DNA of 60,078 bases, filler included. It is 3 parts of 3 records of this genome, joined end to end, with 100 filler letters (N's around TTAATTAATTAA, not from the genome) between each part and the next. Parts side by side here need not be neighbours in the genome. Positions count along the whole stretch, not along the records: positions 46,560 to 60,078 come from DRR378314_1748; 2 more parts are not named here. One strand, given 5' to 3'. The notes under the pieces are model-generated. The model was not told where the DNA came from, searched no databases, and saw nothing but the letters and a program-made list of their open reading frames with translations. Below, in pieces: positions 53,389 to 60,078 of this stretch. How positions within the stretch are numbered: position 1 is the first letter of the stretch; each line of letters begins with the position of its first letter. The translations under genes and the position numbers were made by a program.

Positions 53389-54461
53389 TCATTCGGGTAC
53401 TGAGTTGACTGTGTTCTCGAGAGCATCGCGAAGAACTTGGTGCTCTTCTCCTAGACTCTCCGCTGCCTCGTCGAGTATCTTGCCGTGCAAACGCTGCGAG
53501 TTGCAGACCCAACCGGCGCACCGCAGAGTTGCGTGTGACAGCGCGTACGTGAACCGCAACATCTTGGCGCAGCACGCCGCCGCTCACACGATCTAGTGAT
53601 GGAAATGCTACACTGGCAATATTGCGCACTGTTTACATTCTTAGTGTTTCTGTACACACCTCCAGAGCCGCCGTCTTAGCTGCGGCAGATGCAAGGGTCG
53701 CAACTGCTTCACGAGCTTGCGCGCGCACAATTGCCGGCGCTGGCACTTCGGCGTCGAGGGACCTGCGCACGTAACAGGAGCGCGTGTTCCAGCACATAGT
53801 GCGCCCTGAGAACTCGCACTAACACTGTCATGACACTGCATGAGTATGAACACGACCATTCCTCTCACTGTATGCGACATACAGCACACCTGAGCACTGC
53901 ATCGTCCACCAGCAGGGGAGGCGCCCGCGCAAGCTTTTCGTCGTGCTTGCGAAGCCTGTCCACGAGCTCGTTCCTGCAGCAGCGCACACAGCGAGGAGTC
54001 CGTGCGCACATGTTACGACGCCACTGCGCGATTCTCCCATCCATACGAGATTTTTTCCTCTCACACACGCCCACTATACAAGAAAATGGGAACATAACAG
54101 ACGTGCCGTACATCGTATTTGCAAAAGAAGTATTGTCCTCGCCGTCGGCAGCTTCGGTCGCACGCTGTAGGGAGTCGATAATGCTGGTCGCAGCCGCGGC
54201 CACCGTCGAAGCGGACGCACGGGTGCGTGCAGCGTCAGACGCTTCTGCATTCGACATGGCGGGCGCCAACGATTTGGAGAGCTGGAGAAAGTCGCGGAAT
54301 GCTTCTTCTACAGCACTTTTGCACAGCAAAAGGAATGGCAAAGAAAGTGCTCGCAGGCAAAGGTATCGCAAGCCTCTCCGATGCGGAGGTTGCAGCGCAA
54401 GCACGGCGTTGTCAAGGAACTTGAAGGTTGACACGAGGGCTCCACCCCGCGCTCCTTCCAT
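53389..54461 (-). CDS. Spliced helical protein, possibly Nnf1/PMF1-like (Mis12 complex)
   Basis: Phase-consistent exons ending ..CRIQ (donor near 53868), 53762-53660 and 53493-53389; ELVDRLRKHDEKL..PAIVRAQ only loosely resembles Nnf1. Confidence 0.45.
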
Positions 54462-54860
54462 TTGAGGAGACCTTTTCGGACGTATAAATCTGTCATCAAA
54501 GAATAGATATATGAAATATTTTACTAGGGCGAACGCATCGCCTACAAGTCCCTGCCGAGCTCCCGAGGATGCGCCCTGTGTGCGCGCGTGTGCAGTGGCC
54601 GCTGTGCTCATTCTCCTAGTGACGCTGGCACTTTTGCGCTATCCGCCACAGCCGCGTAGAACAAGTTCGGCGGAACGCCATACGCCCAGATACGAAATTT
54701 TCTTCAATTTTTCGGACGGAAGTATATCCTCTGTCGTTCGGCGCGTTTCAGAAGGTTGAGGGTGCGGCGCAGGCACCTGCGGGGAGGAGGGAACTCGCGT
54801 TCGCCGGCTGTGCCTATGAGCTGCGCGGTGCTTCTTGGTGGCGAGGAACGAGTCGCTTGC

Positions 54861-56453
54861 ATGGATGCTCCCACTATCGGCGGCGTCGGCTCAAACTCCG
54901 ATGAAGTAGTGGATCGTAGTGCATCCGAGCTTGTCAAGCAGTCTAAAGCGCGGGCCGGCGAAGAAGTGAACGAGGAAGATCGCCGGTGGATGCGCGAGGC
55001 GTTGCTGGAGGCGCGCGCTGCGTTTGACGACCACGAGATTCCCTGCGGCGCTGTGCTTGTCAAGAATGGCAGTGTGATCGCCCGCGGACACAATCAGACG
55101 AATCACAAAGAGAACGTACGCTCCATGCGATATTTCATCAATATCATGAGGTTATAATTTTTGCGCTCTCTTTTCGTTCGCGCACCACCATTTGTCCAGG
55201 GCGCGCGGCATTGTGGTTTGGAACGGCGCTTCTGCTGAGCTCTCCGCTTCTGTAGAGAGGCATTCTGGCTCGCGCTCCGCTTCGCGTGTTGTGCAGGCAG
55301 CTGCTTCTGCGTGTCGGATGGCTTCCGCGCCTTCCTTTCCCCCAAATTTCTTCTAAAAATGACATTGGTACTATTTTATTTCGACACACATACGTACAGG
55401 GGTCTCGCCACGCGGAAATCGAGGCGCTGGATAACTTTGTCGACCAGCACGGCGGGGCCGAGGCGCTGCGCGGCGCTACACTTTACGTCAACTGCGAGCC
55501 CTGTATTATGTGCGCAGCTGCGCTGCGGATCGTTGGTGTCCAACGCGTTGTTTTCGGTTGCGCCAATGATCGATTCGGTGGAAATGGATCTTTATATAAT
55601 ATTCATTCGATGAGGTGAGCGGTAGTGAGTCATATTCTGGCGTATATTTCTCCTGCTGTGGCAAATGTGCTGGCAAAAGGAGGCTGGCCGGAGTGTGCCA
55701 GAGCTTTTTCTGACGCCTGTTGGTGGCTGCTCACTGGCCCGCTGCGGAGGGCACTGGTTTTGTTGTGCTTACAGCGCTGATATTTTTTTCGCACGCCAGT
55801 AAGTTCAATTGCGTGTTGAAGATTTCGGCAAGTTGCGCGCTCTCGCCTATCAATGGTAGCGAGCGTTTGCAGTCGATGATCAGGCTCACTTCGGTTACTT
55901 CTGTGGACGAAGATCAGGCCGTAGTCCCTTCACTCCGCCTGGCTCGAGAAATTCTCTAATCCGTTGCTCTGTTTCTTCACAACCTTGCGTGGTGTAACCG
56001 AATTCGTTGTGTTATCCCCGGGTCCTAAGTGAATGCGCATTGGAAGGAGCGGATCTGCCCCCGTACGAGGCAACAGGCGGCATCTTTGCGGATGAATCGA
56101 TCGAGCTGTTTCGCGAGTTCTATACGCGCGGAAACGCCAAAGGTGCGCGAACCCCGTTCCTCTCTGCATACTCGGATATTCAGCATCCTGTTTCCTCTGT
56201 ACACGACTTACGTAGATGAACAGGCTCGACACAATCTACTTTTTATATTCTCTGTACATCGCGTTTCATTGTGAAGATCCAGCCTGTTGTCTTGGAGGAC
56301 AGTGCTTTCGAGGGGCTTATCCGCTGTTTATTTTTTCGCTGCCTTGTGTCAACTCGATACACATGCGCAGCACCTCCGTCCAAACGCGCGAGGCGAAGTC
56401 GGAGCTCGCCCACAGGCAGCGATGTGGAGAGCACAGGGACACCGAATTCGTAG
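54861..56453 (+). CDS. TAD2: tRNA-specific adenosine-34 deaminase catalytic subunit (4 exons)
   Basis: Exons 54861-55115, 55400-55614, 56030-56142 and 56371-56453 splice in frame: WMREAL..EIPCGAVLV..GHN..HAEIEA..EPCIMC..GCANDRFGGNGS..FYTRGNAKAP; alternative ATG at 54816. Confidence 0.92.
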
Positions 56454-57115
56454 TGCGCAAGCTGGAAGCGGTGTGGTTGCCGGCTGGTTGAGGCTCGCTC
56501 GTGCCCATTTGCGCTAGCTGCCCTGCGTGCTTTGTTTGTCCTGCAGTTGCCTCTCCCTGTACGCCACGGCTCCTTGCTTGGTCGCTGCAGACTGCTCTCG
56601 AGAAAGGATTACCTTGCTTGTTGCATGAACCCGGAGCGTACCCATGGATGTATACGATACATGTAAACTATGAAGTACATGGTGCTGCGGCGACACCCCG
56701 ATGATAACCGGACCTCTCCTGTGCCCACAGGAGGAGCACGCGCAGCACCCTTGGAGCTTTGAATTCTGTGCAGAGCACCGCTGCCTGCTTTCCGCGAAAT
56801 CCATACTTGCACGTCCCTTGGTAAACGAGTGAAGATCCTGCATCCTTGGCCGACCCACTCGCAACTGCTTACTTTTTTTTCGGACGCATTCCTTGCACCC
56901 GAAGGCTGCCTTTGCCGCGCTAGTAGCGAGCATTCGCCAGCGGAAGCGGCGGATCTTGACTTGCACGGAGAGCATCTGCGTCGCTTGTCGTGAGAGGGTT
57001 TACTATCGGTTCTCCCCCTGTTTGTTGTGCACTGTGCCCACTGCGCCTATTCGCGCGCGAGCGCTGTTAAACACCGTGAGCTGCACTCCCGGACTCTTCT
57101 TCCACTGCAGGCAGG

Positions 57116-59919
57116 ATGAGCGCGACGGAGGAAGCCCAGGCACCTGTGCAAGAAGAAGAGGCACCTGTTGTGTGCCCTGAGTTTCCTATTGCCAGCAGCA
57201 TGCATCGTTTGCAGTATCCGTACGTTGAGGCGCGCGCTGTGTCGCTGCGCCTGCTTCGCTCGTTGTGTGTTTCTCCGCTGCCCCGCACGCGCGGCGCTTG
57301 CCCCTACCTGCGCTGCAGTAGATGGCTTTGCTATTTTTGAGGCACCGGAGAGCCACGCTCGCAGCGTATATCCTGTATGTGATCGGAGGAATTACAATTG
57401 ATTTTAGTGAACGCGCTGTGCGCGTGGTCGGGGCCCTTGTGATTGCTAGGTAGCGCGTGCGAGCAGCGTGTCGCAGGACACGGCACGCAGAAGCTCATTT
57501 CGCGACGAGCGCGTTTTCCTGCGCACCGCACGTCGGCAGCGCAGAACCTTGCGCGGCGGATAGACGGGACTGTGCTATTCCGAGCGCTATACTCTTGCGC
57601 ATGACGAGCCGAAGGCACATGCACTTGCCTGTGTATGGAAATCAAGTTCTTTCCATCCTTTACGCACCAACCAAAACCAACGTTTCCGCCTACTGTTTCC
57701 GCGAAGCCCGCGCGTAAGCGTGTGGATAGGTGCCGAGTCTGGGGCGCGCCGTGTGCTCGGGTTTTGCAGTACCGCAGTCCACCCTTGCAATGTCTGCTGG
57801 AGAGCCAGAGCCTGCTCCGGGTTCGACCGCCATTTGTGTCCACTGGCTCAATTAAGTTTCTCAATAGTTCCTGGCACCGCATGCGGTCGGCTCAAGGAGC
57901 TCTCGCACTCTAGGCAGGCCGATAGTGTCTCGGCGCTCTTTCGCCGCCGGCCTAACCGTGCTGGCGGCGCCGCGCTGTGCGATAACGGCCTTCTCCTAGT
58001 CGCTTACGCTGGCGATACCCCGTACCCTTTGCTTACGCTGTGGCTCTTTTTCGGAATGGTCCTTTCCCATACAGCTGGACGTTGTGGTTCTTTCATAAGA
58101 GTCAGGGTAAAAAAGTGCAGAATTACGACAAAGCGCTGTCGAACATCGGGACGTTCCGCACGGTGAGTTCCTCGCAGCGCCGCGCCAGGCTGTGCAGGGG
58201 CGAAAAATTCAGAGGTTTCTTGCCCCGTCCTAGCGCGCACTCTTGGCTTCGAAATGCGTCGTAGACGATCGGTGCATATTGAGGAAAAGAAGATTACTTT
58301 CAGAGTCCGTAATTTGTATTTGGAGAGGATATGTCACGGGACAAAAGCGCCAGAGAAAGATATCATACCGGGGTGTGCCCGTCCAACGCGTGCGAAGTTC
58401 GCAGGGTGCGTGCGCCTGGGTTGCGCCTGCGCATAGCTCCGCGAATATGCAAGCTAGTCGTTGGCCGCTTCAGCTTCGCTTTGTTTGTTGGTCGTCGTTG
58501 CTCCATGGATCATGACTTATAGATGTACATTGTGGATCTGTTCGGTGTATATTGGAGCGAGATCGCGCGCATGAGGAAAGAAAGAAACATGCCGCAGAAA
58601 GATGACACGTGCTGCCACGCCGCTTATTTCTCCAGGTGGAACACTTCTGGATGCTGTACAGCCACTTGGTCCGCCCGTCGAACCTTCCGATCAACTGTGA
58701 CTATCATATTTTCAAAGAAGGAATCAAACCGATGTGGGAGGTACTGCAAAAAGATCGGAGCATGGTTGGTTTGCTGTTTAGCAGAGAGTTCTTGCAGTGC
58801 GCAGCCGTGCTCGTTCGCCAGCTCCATGCGTCTTCTCGCGCAGCGTATCCCTTTCCGCCCGATCGCCGCGGCGCCCATTTCTGTGCATGCCGTGCACTTG
58901 TACAAAAAAATCATGTTGCCCTTTTGTGCTGTACGTATCTTGTTGATTTACCAAGGACGAGGCGAACAAGCAAGGGGGGAAATGGATGATCCGCGTTCGG
59001 AAGTCGTACACATCATGGTGCTGGGAGAATCTGGTATGTTCGCTGTGGGAGTTGCGTTGGTGGCGGTATACGAGTGCGCGTGATGCGGCCATCGTGTTAC
59101 ATACTTGCAAGCTCCATGACCTGGCGACGATATCATGGAATGTGGCATCCCCGTGTAGGTGCTCGCGCTTCTCGGAAACGAGCTGGAGACCCTCGATGCG
59201 ATTTGCGGAGCGGTCGTCTCTATTCGGTATCAGGTGCGCGCTGGCACTCTCTACAAGCGTATTACTTTTCTTCTTTTCTGGCAAGTAGCCCTGCGGCTCC
59301 TCACATCCACATCGCATTGGACATGCATGAGAAGAACGACGAAGCAAATGATGGATTTGTCAAGTATTCCTCTATTTCTGGATGTAGCCTTTTGTCTTTT
59401 CACCAGCGACGCTATGCGCCGCCCCGTTGCTTGTGCACGCGCGCAGGAGGATATCATCTCTGTATGGAACCGGGATTACACCGATCGTGAAAAGACGCTG
59501 CGTTTACGGTATGATCTTGCAGTGAAAGGTGTTATGTTGGCGGGGTCGTTGTTGACCTGATGCCAGCGACGCGGTGCCGGAGACGGCTTTCTAGCGAGCA
59601 GATCGTGTTCGCTGCGCTCCCTCTCGCGTTACGCCCTCCTCGCTCCTCCTCCGACTTGGTATAGAATGGACATTATGGTATATAGTGTAGCACTGCGTAG
59701 CAGCTTCGCATGTGTTGCTCGTTTGTTGCAGTTTCGTGCTGATTTGTGTCGGTGGTGTCTGGATGCGATGCGGCAACGTCCCTGTTTGACGCTCGTGCAT
59801 CCAGAGACGAGATTCGTGCAGTTCTCTCGCTTCCGCAAACGGCTGTGTTCGAGTATAAGTGCCACGATGCGGCGCTGAAGGATAATTCGTCGTATCGAAA
59901 CACCGACAAGTTTCAGTGA
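57116..59919 (+). CDS. eIF4E2: Class II eIF4E (4EHP/nCBP-like) cap-binding protein (7 exons)
   Basis: Exons 57116-57219, 58075-58162, 58636-58740, 58956-59033, 59159-59233, 59447-59508 and 59805-59919 splice in frame: HRLQYPWTLWF..NYDKAL..VEHFW..FKEGIKPMWED..GGKW..SVWN..EYKCHDAALKDNSSYRNT. Confidence 0.92.
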
Positions 59920-60078
59920 AGCACTCGAGCGGAGGGCGGTCTTAGGCGCTCGTCTCTCGCCGCTCGCCGGCGATGGCGTGCACCCAGCAGTCGTGCAATC
60001 GTCCCCTCCTCCTCTTTACATTGTCAGATCTTGCTCTTTGTGAACAAGAATGTACCTTGATATATAGCGGAAGCTGTT

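Noticed and set aside
53865..54000. FYVE or zinc-finger domain suggested by LVDDAVLRCAVC
   Set aside because: The spliced continuation lacks the RHHC motif and further cysteine pairs
1752..56453. A single tRNA-modification system spanning miaE, queCDE and TAD2
   Set aside because: TAD2 is on a different, eukaryotic contig beyond two artificial linkers
46560..60078. The many short overlapping ORFs in the track
   Set aside because: Mostly intronic, antisense or off-frame products of GC-rich spliced DNA; five spliced genes explain most of the segment

Overview
This window is not one locus. It is three unrelated contigs joined by artificial N-padded TTAATTAATTAA linkers (24322-24421 and 46460-46559). 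Contig A (1-24321) is a gammaproteobacterium, inferred to be Halomonadaceae-like. It carries partial acnB, miaE, a 1301-aa wHTH/BTAD-degenerate cyclase-STAND ATPase-TPR regulator, a queC-queE-queD-like-YkgJ operon, ansA, a CynX-type MFS transporter, rhlE, pqiABC, a Ca/Na antiporter, a cydA/cydB deletion remnant, cydDC and an adenine/adenosine deaminase, and it ends in an rRNA operon promoter and leader. Contig B (24422-46459) is AT-richer, inferred to be Pseudoalteromonas-like, and is core genome: rne-rluC-HAD-maf-yceD-rpmF-plsX-fabD-fabG-acpP-fabF-pabC-mltG-tmk-holB-pilZ-tatD, a PhoD-like protein, a polysaccharide deacetylase, rsmF and gntR(prpR)-prpB-prpC (partial). Contig C (46560-60078) is an intron-rich eukaryote with a multipass KKxx membrane protein, a signal-peptide/RDEL protein, a possible Nnf1-like gene, TAD2/ADAT2 and a class II eIF4E. 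No CRISPR array, transposon or prophage was seen. The most interesting signals are a structured, pseudoknot-capable queC leader (candidate variant riboswitch), the pseudo-cyclase STAND regulator within a tRNA-modification cluster, an unannotated sRNA-like unit downstream of rsmF, the cydAB deletion scar, PrpR-type operators (one inside the acnB promoter) and a 14-bp tandem array upstream of ansA. All calls come from reading the sequence; no searches were run.
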